Shown piece by piece: positions 1 through 7,467 of a stretch of DNA of 64,000 bases; within the stretch, counting starts at the first letter, position 1, and each line of letters opens with the position of its first letter. The DNA is taken from the IMG/VR virus record IMGVR_UViG_3300032304_002285, positions 64,001 to 128,000 of that record, one strand, 5' to 3'. Source of the stretch: a virus. The translations under genes and the position numbers were made by a program. Below the pieces are notes generated by a model that did no database searches, was not told the origin of the DNA, and saw nothing but the letters and a program-made list of their open reading frames with translations.

Positions 1-1
1 T

Positions 2-469
2 TATTTATATTTGCGCCGGATGCGTAATGAGCGAGAGATGATGGTGCATTGGTGGAGTCAGTGGATGGATAAGGTAGTTGAGGAGAGGGGTGAGTATTTA
101 AGTTGTCCTGGTTTTTGGTGGAGTAACAATCCTGCATTAAGGCGAGTGAAGGCATTATATGATTGTGGGACATTGCCATTGAATGAGGGGTTAGATGGGA
201 AGAAGGGTGAGGCTGGTTGGAGTATGCCTGAGTTGAAGGCTGGGAGACCAAGTAAGGCATGGATACATAGATGGGGGATGTTTAGTCATGAGCGGTTATT
301 GGGATTAGAGTTTCCTGAGATGAGGGGTTGCGGGAAATTTGGTCCATATGGGACATCGAGTTGTAAATATGGTTTTTATATGAATACTGGGAATAGTTTT
401 TGTTTATGTTGTGATGAGAGACTTGGCTATGAGGAGATGGGCGAGCACGAGAGGCGTTATAGGTTATAA
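2..469 (+). CDS. Hypothetical protein, 5'-partial
   Basis: The frame is open from position 2 to TAA at 467-469. Codon style matches neighbouring genes. No family recognised. Confidence 0.6.
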   Translation, partial: YLYLRRMRNEREMMVHWWSQWMDKVVEERGEYLSCPGFWWSNNPALRRVKALYDCGTLPLNEGLDGKKGEAGWSMPELKAGRPSKAWIHRWGMFSHERLLGLEFPEMRGCGKFGPYGTSSCKYGFYMNTGNSFCLCCDERLGYEEMGEHERRYRL

Positions 470-498
470 ATGAGATTTCTTTAAGGAGACGAATTGTT

Positions 499-2343
499 AT
501 GGATACTGGTTTACGGATCAAGGTAATAATATTTCATCACAATGAGCCTGAGAATGCTGACAGGTTATATGATCAATTGAGTGAGGTATTTAAAGGTGTA
601 GAGTTATGGGATAGTGGATCTGATTGTGAGAAGATTCCGAAGAATATGACTCATTCGTATGGGAACATATATGGGACTGGGGCATGGAATGAGATTTTGA
701 AGCGGTATGGGGATTGGGATGTTGTGTGGTTGGTATGTGCTGATATCAAGTTATTGAGTGATGTAAAGAGTTATAAAGAGAGTATTGAGTCTGCATATCC
801 ATTTGGTTGTTGGAGTCCATGTGTAGAGGGCAGGGCTCATCCGTTCATGTTAGCTGAGAATTATACGGGTGAGAATGCGAAGATGGTATATGTAAAGAAT
901 GTTGAGAGTCAGGCGATGGCGATGAGTGGTTCATTGCTGAGAGAGGTTAAGGAGTTATTGCCTGGGAGTAAATATGGATTTGGTCATGATTATTGGTTAT
1001 GTCATAGAAGCAGGAAGATGGGATTAAAGAATGTGATAGATGGGCGGGTAAAGATTTTTCATCCATTTGGGACTGGATATAACGAGGAAGAGGCTGAGAA
1101 GCAGATGGAGGAGGCTTTTGGTAAGGTATATGGGAAGGATTTTCGGAGGAGTGTTTTTGAATATTCTTCTACATTTTCTGGGAATTTATTTTATGGGAAT
1201 GTCATAAAAGAGATAAAGAAGGAGGAGGAGGATCATATGTTGACGATTTTCACGGTTGATAATGGTTGGGGATTAGTTGAGTTTTCTAAGATTGTTAAGG
1301 GTTATGACAATGTAAATAAGCTATTGATTAAGAAGGGGTTATCTACTTTTAGTTCTATTCCTGATATAAAGGTAGTGGAATATAGTTCTGATTTCAGTCG
1401 ATATGCTGATGGGAATTTCATTGCATTATTTCCGAAGGTTGGTCCATCTAATTTTGAGGATTTCAAAGAGATAGTTAGATTGGGGATTCCGACGATTGTT
1501 CATGTTGCATATAATAAGGAAGTTGTTGATCACGAGAAGACTGGTTATTTATATCAAGATGAGTCTTGGGTTCATAATTGGTTAAAGGAGTTGATAGGGA
1601 ATAGGGAAATGCGATGTAAGAATTTTAAGAATGATTTGTCTAATTTTCTTGAGGTACAAAAGAAGGCAGGGGATGCACTTAAAGAGGTAGCTAAAGGATT
1701 TAGTTTAGTTGAAGAGAAGAAGACAGAGAAGGTAGAGGAAGGGATATTGGTAAGTGTGATTACTCCTACTTTCAGGCGTGAGCCGAAGGTGGTAAGGCGT
1801 TGTTGTAATTGTGTGCAATTGCAGACTGTATCGAATTGGGAGCAATTGGTATGTTCGGATGGTGTAGAGGAGCCTGTGATTAAGGAGATGATAGAGGGAT
1901 TAGGAGATAAGAGAATTCAGTATTGTCATACGAATACAAAGAAGCCAGGGGATTTTGGGAATACTGTACGTTCTGAGATGTTAAAGAAGGCTCGGGGTAA
2001 GTATGTAATTTTCATGGATGATGACAATGTAATTTTGCCTGAGTATTTAGAGAAGATGATTAATGCGATTGAGAAGGGCAAGGTTGATTTTGGGATTTGT
2101 CAGGTTGTTCATTTTGGTCCATTGAACGAGAGTGAGGTAGGGAAGGCTCCTCAGGTATTGACAGGGAATCCTGTGAAATTATATCACATTGATTCGTTGC
2201 AGGTAATGGTAAGGCGGGAAGCCATGTTAGATGTTGGATGGGATACTGATTCTGGGTATATAGCTGATGGTGTTTCATTGGAAGCTTTGGGCAAGAAGTA
2301 TAAGCCTGTTCATTTGAATGAGATTTTAGGGTTTCATTTGTAA
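499..2343 (+). CDS. Multidomain glycosyltransferase (N-terminal GT-A-like, central GT-B-like fragment, C-terminal GT2)
   Basis: The C-terminal domain has VSVITPTFRR...RGKYVIFMDDDN (GT2 DxD). The centre has LGIPTIV...EVVDHEKTGYL, typical of the GT4/group-1 C-lobe. The N-terminus has ELWDSGSD...VVWLVCADI. AGGAG RBS upstream. Confidence 0.8.
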   Translation: MDTGLRIKVIIFHHNEPENADRLYDQLSEVFKGVELWDSGSDCEKIPKNMTHSYGNIYGTGAWNEILKRYGDWDVVWLVCADIKLLSDVKSYKESIESAYPFGCWSPCVEGRAHPFMLAENYTGENAKMVYVKNVESQAMAMSGSLLREVKELLPGSKYGFGHDYWLCHRSRKMGLKNVIDGRVKIFHPFGTGYNEEEAEKQMEEAFGKVYGKDFRRSVFEYSSTFSGNLFYGNVIKEIKKEEEDHMLTIFTVDNGWGLVEFSKIVKGYDNVNKLLIKKGLSTFSSIPDIKVVEYSSDFSRYADGNFIALFPKVGPSNFEDFKEIVRLGIPTIVHVAYNKEVVDHEKTGYLYQDESWVHNWLKELIGNREMRCKNFKNDLSNFLEVQKKAGDALKEVAKGFSLVEEKKTEKVEEGILVSVITPTFRREPKVVRRCCNCVQLQTVSNWEQLVCSDGVEEPVIKEMIEGLGDKRIQYCHTNTKKPGDFGNTVRSEMLKKARGKYVIFMDDDNVILPEYLEKMINAIEKGKVDFGICQVVHFGPLNESEVGKAPQVLTGNPVKLYHIDSLQVMVRREAMLDVGWDTDSGYIADGVSLEALGKKYKPVHLNEILGFHL

Positions 2344-2365
2344 AGAGAGCTAGGCTTTAACAATT

Positions 2366-2409
2366 AAACCACAGGATTTAAAAGGTTCTGTGGTTTTTGT
2401 TTTTTTTTG
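2366..2409 (+). terminator. Intrinsic terminator
   Basis: AAACCACAGGA/TTCTGTGGTTT hairpin followed by a T tract. Confidence 0.7.
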
Positions 2410-2443
2410 ATATTTGAGCTAAGATATAAATCAAGGAGTTTTT

Positions 2444-2950
2444 ATGAACAAGGTAAAAATAGCTCAAGAGTTGATTAAGTTGGCCAAGGAATTGGTTGGT
2501 AATTCTTCTAGGACCAAGAAAGCTTACGGTAAAAAGCCGAAGAGTTGGCGTGGAGTTCAAGGCGAATTGAGTTTTGAAGTTGGAGATATGGAGCATCATA
2601 GGGATTCGGGGGTTAGGTCTGCTTATAAGGAAATTGTAAAGTTATTGCCTGAGGGTTCTGAGCCAGGAGATTGGGATATTTTTATTGAATTTGAGAGTAG
2701 TGGTTCTTATTGTCCTGGGCGGTTATCTGGTCCTCCTGAGGATTGTTATCCTGAGGAATCAGAGGATGCGAGAGAGGCAACAAGCATGGAGCTTAGATGG
2801 GCTGGTGATGGGGAAAAGATAAAGAATATTGAGATAAGGCATGGTGCTTCATTTGAAAAAATAGAAGAAGGGTTGTCTGTTCTTATAGAAGGCGTCGAGT
2901 TGAATCATGAGCAAGGATATGATGGTCCTGAGCCAGATGATTGGGATTAA
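2444..2950 (+). CDS. Acidic hypothetical protein with shared N-terminal leader (KIAQELIKLAKELVG)
   Basis: 168-aa ORF with AAGGAG RBS. The leader recurs in other ORFs of this window. Confidence 0.75.
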   Translation: MNKVKIAQELIKLAKELVGNSSRTKKAYGKKPKSWRGVQGELSFEVGDMEHHRDSGVRSAYKEIVKLLPEGSEPGDWDIFIEFESSGSYCPGRLSGPPEDCYPEESEDAREATSMELRWAGDGEKIKNIEIRHGASFEKIEEGLSVLIEGVELNHEQGYDGPEPDDWD

Positions 2951-3011
2951 GTTGTTTAATATTTTTTTGATATTATTCTTTTTGGTATAAAACTTAAAAG
3001 GAGTTTTCGTC

Positions 3012-3263
3012 ATGGATGAGAAAACTATGGTAGCTAAAGAGTTGGTCAAGGTTGCGAGTCTTTTGGTTGCTGAGGAGGGTGAAGCCCCGGAAGCTGAAGA
3101 TGAAGCCTTTGTTCAGAAGTTACGTGACATTCGTACTGGTCTTTTGAGCATTAACAAGAAAAAGAATACACGGTTGAGTGACTACGGGATTGGAGTCATT
3201 CGACCAACGACAAAAGTTCATGAGTTGGTTGATGTCCTTCTCAAGGTTGTAGCTACAAAATAA
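3012..3263 (+). CDS. Hypothetical protein with shared N-terminal leader (MVAKELVKVASLLVA)
   Basis: 83-aa ORF with AAGGAG RBS and the leader motif. Confidence 0.75.
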   Translation: MDEKTMVAKELVKVASLLVAEEGEAPEAEDEAFVQKLRDIRTGLLSINKKKNTRLSDYGIGVIRPTTKVHELVDVLLKVVATK

Positions 3264-3290
3264 GGTAGAGTACAACAAAGAGGTTTGAGA

Positions 3291-3330
3291 GGGACTTAGA
3301 AGGAAAAATCCTCTAAGTCCCTTTTCTTTT
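3291..3330 (+). terminator. Intrinsic terminator
   Basis: GGGACTTAGA/TCTAAGTCCC stem followed by TTTTCTTTT. Confidence 0.75.
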
Positions 3331-3391
3331 TGGTTTGATGGTGGAAATTACAGGGAGGCGAGTATAATAGAATCACAAGGAGAGGTAGTAA

Positions 3392-3715
3392 ATGGTAAAG
3401 AGCAAATCTCAGAAGCAAGTAGAGAGACGTAAGAAGATTGAGCATAACCGAAATGTTATGCAGAATCAGGGAAAGCCTCGTTATCTTCTGTATATCAAGG
3501 TTGACGGTGGTTGGAAAGCTGTGATGAGGTTTAAGACTATTACGGATGTAGATAAGCATTGTGAAAGTATGGAAGATATTCGGAAGAGAAATGCTTCTGA
3601 GTTGGTTGAGGCGAATATTGTTGAGGTGAAGACGGGTAAGGTAATTAGGCATGTTGCGCCTCATAAGGTTAGTGATCCGGCTATGTTGAGTGGATCGTTG
3701 GTGGCGAAGGTTTGA
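3392..3715 (+). CDS. Basic hypothetical protein
   Basis: 107-aa ORF with AGGAGAGG RBS. GGCGAGTATAAT (-10-like) lies upstream. Confidence 0.7.
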   Translation: MVKSKSQKQVERRKKIEHNRNVMQNQGKPRYLLYIKVDGGWKAVMRFKTITDVDKHCESMEDIRKRNASELVEANIVEVKTGKVIRHVAPHKVSDPAMLSGSLVAKV

Positions 3716-3734
3716 AAATAAATTTCAGGAAGTT

Positions 3735-3763
3735 TTGGATTTTCGGGTTCTCGCGGGTAAGAT
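3735..3763 (+). promoter_or_regulatory. Bipartite promoter motif, copy 1 (upstream of the tRNA island)
   Basis: TTGGAT-N17-TAAGAT. The motif recurs at 7738, 9345, 9805 and 11117. Confidence 0.6.
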
Positions 3764-3794
3764 AGGGTGTGACAAGAAGGTTGGTTGTAAGTGT

Positions 3795-3869
3795 TGCGGG
3801 ATATATCAGTGGTAGATTGCTAGCCTCATAAGCTAGATGTCGTGGGTTCGAGTCCCACTCCCGCTACCA
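3795..3869 (+). tRNA. tRNA-Met(CAT); fMet/Met/Ile2 identity unresolved
   Basis: Cloverleaf with anticodon arm CTAGC-CTCATAA-GCTAG, GGTTCGAGTCC T arm and encoded CCA. It has a 1:72 mismatch but lacks the three G-C pairs typical of initiators. Confidence 0.9.
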
Positions 3870-3879
3870 GTTTGAGATT

Positions 3880-3954
3880 CGGGTTGTCGTTTTAACATTT
3901 AAGACACAAGCCATGGGGCTTGAGATGCTGGTGTAAATCCAGCCGACTCGACCA
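3880..3954 (+). tRNA. Degenerate tRNA-Pro(TGG)-like gene
   Basis: Acceptor CGGGTTG/CGACTCG + A + CCA. T arm GCTGG-TGTAAAT-CCAGC. Anticodon arm CAAGC-CATGGG-GCTTG has a 6-nt loop. The D loop lacks GG. Confidence 0.55.
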
Positions 3955-3960
3955 AGTGTT

Positions 3961-3982
3961 GTTCTTTCAAAACTGAATAGTT
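3961..3982 (+). promoter_or_regulatory. rrn boxA/processing-like motif, copy 1
   Basis: GTTCTTTCAAAACTGAATAGTT, 6 nt upstream of tRNA-Ile. Recurs at 4864 and 8441. Confidence 0.55.
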
Positions 3983-3988
3983 CTTTTT

Positions 3989-4062
3989 CGGCATGTAGCT
4001 CACTTGGTTAGAGCACCACCCTGATATGGTGGGGGTAGAAGGTTCGAGTCCTTCCATGCCGA
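3989..4062 (+). tRNA. tRNA-Ile(GAT), CCA not encoded
   Basis: Acceptor CGGCATG/CATGCCG. Anticodon arm CCACC-CTGATAT-GGTGG. Followed by A-CTT. Confidence 0.9.
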
Positions 4063-4078
4063 CTTATTTTCCCTGAAT

Positions 4079-4153
4079 GCCAGCATAGCTCAATGGTAGA
4101 GCACCTTACTTGTAATAAGGATGTCGGGGGTTCAAATCCCTCTGCTGGCTCCA
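4079..4153 (+). tRNA. tRNA-Thr(TGT)
   Basis: Anticodon arm CCTTA-CTTGTAA-TAAGG, canonical D and T arms, CCA. Confidence 0.95.
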
Positions 4154-4207
4154 TTTGCTTTTCTTGGTTTTAGTTCTATTTTGGGCTAAAGCAAATAGGG
4201 GGCGATT

Positions 4208-4846
4208 ATGAGAAGTGGGATGAGTTGTTCTGATGCTGGTAGGCTTGGTAAAGAAAAATCGCTTGCCTTGCAGCAAGCAATGAAACAAGAAAGAATAAAT
4301 AAATACTTAGAAAATCCGAAATTGTGTGGTACGTGTGGAGCAATCATACCATATAATAAAAGAGTAAATAATTTTTGTTCTTCTTCTTGTTTCGCATGCC
4401 ATAACAACAAACAAAGAAGTCTATTAAATCCTTGTGTTAATTTTTGTATGAATTGTGGTAAGGATCTGAAATCAAAAACTCTTTTGTTTTGTAGTGGAAG
4501 TTGTCATAAAAAACATTCACATAATAAATATATAGAGCGGTGGCTTGCTGGAGAAGAGTCTGGCGGTATTGGCAAGGATAAAGATATTACTAGCCATACA
4601 GTTCGTGACTGGGTTTTTAAAAAAAGTGGTGGTAAGTGTTCAGTTTGTGGCGGAAGTGATTGGATGGGCAAGAAGATGCCTTTGATTCTGGATCATATTG
4701 ATGGTCATTCAAAAAACAATCGTCCTGAAAATCTAAGGGCTGTTTGTGGTAATTGTGATATGCAGTTGCCGACATACAAAAGCAAAAACAAAGGAAATGG
4801 AAGGCATTATAGAAGGGAAAGGTATAAGAATGGATTGAGTTATTAG
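4208..4846 (+). CDS. Free-standing HNH endonuclease with Cys-rich zinc-binding repeats
   Basis: CSVCGG...LILDHIDGHSKNNRPENLRAVCGNCD is an HNH motif. There are several CxxC...FCSxxC repeats N-terminal to it. Confidence 0.9.
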   Translation: MRSGMSCSDAGRLGKEKSLALQQAMKQERINKYLENPKLCGTCGAIIPYNKRVNNFCSSSCFACHNNKQRSLLNPCVNFCMNCGKDLKSKTLLFCSGSCHKKHSHNKYIERWLAGEESGGIGKDKDITSHTVRDWVFKKSGGKCSVCGGSDWMGKKMPLILDHIDGHSKNNRPENLRAVCGNCDMQLPTYKSKNKGNGRHYRRERYKNGLSY

Positions 4847-4863
4847 ATTTGTGATTCAATTTA

Positions 4864-4885
4864 GTTCTTTAGTAATTGAATAGTT
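4864..4885 (+). promoter_or_regulatory. rrn boxA/processing-like motif, copy 2
   Basis: GTTCTTTAGTAATTGAATAGTT, 5 nt upstream of tRNA-Ala. Confidence 0.5.
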
Positions 4886-4890
4886 TCTAT

Positions 4891-4967
4891 GGGGCATTAG
4901 CTCAGTTGGCTAGAGCGTTTGGTTTGCATCCAAAAGGCCATCGGTTCGAGCCCGATATGCTCCACCA
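4891..4967 (+). tRNA. tRNA-Ala(TGC)
   Basis: GGGGCAT acceptor with G3:U70. Anticodon arm TTTGG-TTTGCAT-CCAAA. CCA. Confidence 0.95.
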
Positions 4968-5046
4968 GTTTTTGTATCTTAGTTTATTGCCAAAGATGTT
5001 TGCAAGTTAAGCTATATAGCTTATATTCCTAAAAAAGGAGTAAGCC

Positions 5047-5538
5047 ATGCCAACTTGCAAAAGCTGTGGAGATAGATTTCCTACTTGGATCAAGATAGAT
5101 GGAAAGCAGAGATGTTTAAACAATAGAAAGTTTTGTTTAAAATGTTCTCCATTTGGAAGGCACAATACTAGTCCAACTCTTCATGTAGGATGCGAAAAAC
5201 TTTGCAATAAATGTGGTGAAAAAGATCCCAGTAAGTTTTATGGCAATAAGAGGCATATTTGTGGGAAATGCCATGCCAAGTATACTACTGAAAGAGGAAA
5301 ACGTAAAAAACAATTTGTTTGTGAAAAGCTGGGTGGTAAGTGTGTCTCATGTGGATATGATAAATATGTAGGTTCTCTTGATATTCATCATAAAGATCCA
5401 GCAAAGAAGGATTCTAATTTTAGGTCTAAAAGAGGATGGTCTGAAGAAAGAATATTAAAGGAAATAGAAAATTGTATCTTGCTTTGTCGGAATTGTCATG
5501 CAGCTTTTCATGCTGGAGAGTTAGCAATCGGTGTGTAG
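5047..5538 (+). CDS. Free-standing HNH endonuclease
   Basis: CVSCGY...LDIHHKDP...ENCILLCRNCHAAFH. AAGGAG RBS. The last codons overlap the 5' end of tRNA-Pro. Confidence 0.9.
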   Translation: MPTCKSCGDRFPTWIKIDGKQRCLNNRKFCLKCSPFGRHNTSPTLHVGCEKLCNKCGEKDPSKFYGNKRHICGKCHAKYTTERGKRKKQFVCEKLGGKCVSCGYDKYVGSLDIHHKDPAKKDSNFRSKRGWSEERILKEIENCILLCRNCHAAFHAGELAIGV

Positions 5539-5607
5539 CGCAGTTTGGTTTAGCGCGTCTGCCTTGGGCGCAGAAGGTCGGGGGTTCAAATCCCTCCACA
5601 CCGACCA
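5529..5607 (+). tRNA. tRNA-Pro(TGG)
   Basis: Acceptor CGGTGTG/CACACCG. Anticodon arm TCTGC-CTTGGGC-GCAGA. CCA. Confidence 0.95.
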
Positions 5608-5614
5608 TTTTCAT

Positions 5615-5916
5615 GAGGTTTCCAACTTGTGGCTGATTTCATCTTTTGTTCGGGATGAAGGCACTTACAAGAGGAGAACTGTAAGGTCCCAAGTAGGGCA
5701 GGAAGGGTAAGGCTGGGTCAATGCGGGTAAGAGTTTTCCTAACCGCAGTAGCCCGATATCTGGTAAATTAAAACACTGAACAACCAGATATAAGAGTAAA
5801 ATCTCTTCAATGCGGTGATGAACTTGTTGATCAGAGTTCTGAGCATTGTGGCTGAACAACTCGACTTGTTTGAGATGGGTAGGAAAGGTGGTTCCTTTCT
5901 TCTAGTTGGAAACCTC
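5615..5916 (+). ncRNA. Candidate ~300-nt structured ncRNA of unknown family
   Basis: A perfect 13-bp closing stem GAGGTTTCCAACT (5615-27)/AGTTGGAAACCTC (5904-16) encloses at least 6 hairpins. It fills the gap between tRNA-Pro and tRNA-Arg and has no credible ORF. Confidence 0.65.
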
Positions 5917-5924
5917 TCTATTCT

Positions 5925-5996
5925 GCTCCCGTAGTCTAATGGATAGGCACTTGCCTCCTAAGCAAGTCTATGAGAGTTCGATTCTCTCCGGGAGTA
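5925..5996 (+). tRNA. tRNA-Arg(CCT), CCA not encoded
   Basis: Acceptor GCTCCCG/CGGGAGT. Anticodon arm CTTGC-CTCCTAA-GCAAG. Followed by A-CTT. Confidence 0.9.
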
Positions 5997-6049
5997 CTTT
6001 TTGTCTTTTATATTTATGGTCTAATAGGGATAATATTTTAGGAGAGACC

Positions 6050-6526
6050 ATGAAAAAGAATTTGAAGATTGCTGGTGAGATATTAAAGCTTGCTAAGGGT
6101 TTGGTGGGAATGACCAAACAAGAGGCAGATAAAGTCGCTTTTGTCATGAGGGAGTTTCCTAATCATAATAAAGTGAATGATAAGGTTAGGAAGGAAGTAA
6201 AGAAGTATAAGTTTTTAACCTTGGATAACATTAAGAAGTTTGGTCAATCTGCTTCTTTTATGAGAGGCATTGATGATTGGATAGATTATGTGATTTCGCA
6301 AGGTATGGAAAACGTTTATTCAACTAGCGGTTTTGATTATGAAGATGACAAGGATGTTCTCAATGCAATGAAGCATTATGAAGACATGGATTCTGAATTG
6401 TACAAAAAATCCAGAGATGTTTTAGAGGAAAGAGCGACAGATTTGGCTATAAATTCTGTAATGGAAGCACTCTATCAAGAGATTTCTTCTATTGAAAAGG
6501 CCATAGATAGGTCCAAAAAGTTATAA
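6050..6526 (+). CDS. Hypothetical protein with shared N-terminal leader (KIAGEILKLAKGLVG)
   Basis: Start re-assigned to ATG 6050 behind AGGAG, because the longer track ORF overlaps tRNA-Arg. Confidence 0.75.
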   Translation: MKKNLKIAGEILKLAKGLVGMTKQEADKVAFVMREFPNHNKVNDKVRKEVKKYKFLTLDNIKKFGQSASFMRGIDDWIDYVISQGMENVYSTSGFDYEDDKDVLNAMKHYEDMDSELYKKSRDVLEERATDLAINSVMEALYQEISSIEKAIDRSKKL

Positions 6527-6532
6527 TTAGTT

Positions 6533-6606
6533 GCGGGTTTAGCATAGTGGTAATGTGCCACCTTGCCAAGATGGTTACGCGGGTTCGACTCCCGCCATCT
6601 GCTCCA
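6533..6606 (+). tRNA. tRNA-Gly(GCC)
   Basis: Anticodon loop TTGCCAA, T arm GCGGG-TTCGACT-CCCGC, TCCA end. Confidence 0.9.
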
Positions 6607-6616
6607 AGGTTTTTAT

Positions 6617-6694
6617 TCTCCGGTAGCTCAATTGGCCAGAAGCACTTCACTCTTAATGAAGGGGTTGGGGGTTCAAGTCCCTCCCGGAGAACCA
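6617..6694 (+). tRNA. tRNA-Lys(CTT)
   Basis: Anticodon arm CTTCA-CTCTTAA-TGAAG. CCA. Confidence 0.95.
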
Positions 6695-6708
6695 ATTTTT
6701 GTTTGTAT

Positions 6709-6785
6709 GCTCTGGTAGCTCAATTGGTTAGAGCACCAGCCTTTTAAGTTGGTTATTGGGAGTTCGAGTCTCCCCCAGAGCACCA
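6709..6785 (+). tRNA. tRNA-Lys(TTT)
   Basis: Anticodon arm CCAGC-CTTTTAA-GTTGG. CCA. Confidence 0.95.
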
Positions 6786-6792
6786 ATTTTAT

Positions 6793-6866
6793 TCCCTCGT
6801 GGTGTAATGGTAGCACGAAACACTGTTAATGTTTCTGTCTTGGTTCAAATCCAGGCGAGGGAGCCA
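6793..6866 (+). tRNA. tRNA-Asn(GTT)
   Basis: Acceptor TCCCTCG/CGAGGGA, G73, loop CTGTTAA, CCA. Confidence 0.95.
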
Positions 6867-6869
6867 AAT

Positions 6870-7010
6870 ACCTACATGCTCAATTGCCAGTCTGACGCAT
6901 GAGGTTTTAATGACTGGCTAAAGTCTGGGTGTATTAGGAAACTTACGGTGATGGAACCCAGAACAGAGGGTAAAGCCTCTGCCAAAACTTCAAATAAAAG
7001 GTTTTGGTAA
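6870..7010 (+). ncRNA. Candidate structured RNA (four consecutive hairpins)
   Basis: GCCAGTC/GACTGGC, TCTGGGT/ACCCAGA, CAGAGG/CCTCTG and CCAAAAC/GTTTTGG lie between tRNA-Asn and tRNA-His. Confidence 0.45.
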
Positions 7011-7034
7011 ACCGTTTTAGAGATTTCTATGGAT

Positions 7035-7110
7035 GGTGGTTTTGTTGTAAAGGAAGCATGGATGGTTGTGAACCATCAGGTGTAGGGTTCAAGTCCCACA
7101 TTCCACCCCA
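7035..7110 (+). tRNA. tRNA-His(GTG), weak acceptor and T stems
   Basis: Anticodon arm GATGG-TTGTGAA-CCATC. G-1/C73-compatible ends and CCA. Some mismatches in the acceptor stem. Confidence 0.8.
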
Positions 7111-7130
7111 AGTTTTTAGCGTAGGTGTTT

Positions 7131-7207
7131 GGGGGTATAGCTCAATTGGCCAGAGCATCGGTTTGTCACGCCGAAGGTTGCGGGTTCGATTCCCGCTACT
7201 CCCGCCA
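7131..7207 (+). tRNA. tRNA-Asp(GTC)
   Basis: Anticodon arm TCGGT-TTGTCAC-GCCGA, G73, CCA. Confidence 0.95.
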
Positions 7208-7216
7208 GTTTTATAA

Positions 7217-7293
7217 GGGATTGTAGCTCAATTGGATAGAGCATCTGATTACGAATCAGAAGGTTGGGAGTTCAACTCTCCCCATTCCCACCA
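7217..7293 (+). tRNA. tRNA-Arg(ACG)
   Basis: Anticodon arm TCTGA-TTACGAA-TCAGA. CCA. Confidence 0.95.
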
Positions 7294-7298
7294 GATTT

Positions 7299-7370
7299 GT
7301 CCCGTTCGATCAATGGTAAGGTCATTAGGTTCTCAGCCTAGGGATAGCGGTTCGACTCCGCTACGGGATA
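7299..7370 (+). tRNA. tRNA-Glu(CTC), CCA not encoded
   Basis: Acceptor GTCCCGT/ACGGGAT, loop TTCTCAG. Followed by A-CTT. Confidence 0.9.
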
Positions 7371-7386
7371 CTTTAAGAAGGGATTT

Positions 7387-7460
7387 GACCCGTTGGAGGA
7401 AATGGATAACTCACTTGGTTTTCATCCAAGAGATTAGCGGTTCAACCCCGCTACGGGTCA
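7387..7460 (+). tRNA. tRNA-Glu(TTC), CCA not encoded
   Basis: Acceptor GACCCGT/ACGGGTC. Anticodon arm CTTGG-TTTTCAT-CCAAG. Followed by A-CTT. Confidence 0.9.
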
Positions 7461-7467
7461 CTTTAAC

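Noticed and set aside
2352-2366. E. coli-like boxA (GGCTTTAACAA) after the glycosyltransferase
   Set aside because: It is a single imperfect match next to a terminator and does not fit the three-copy tRNA-linked consensus. Probably chance.
5615-5916. RNase P RNA identity (GAGGAGAAC...GTCC and TGCGGGTAAGAG resemble RNase P segments)
   Set aside because: The P4 pseudoknot partners (GAAAGTCC / AGAACCCGGCTTA-type) are not present. Left as an unknown ncRNA.
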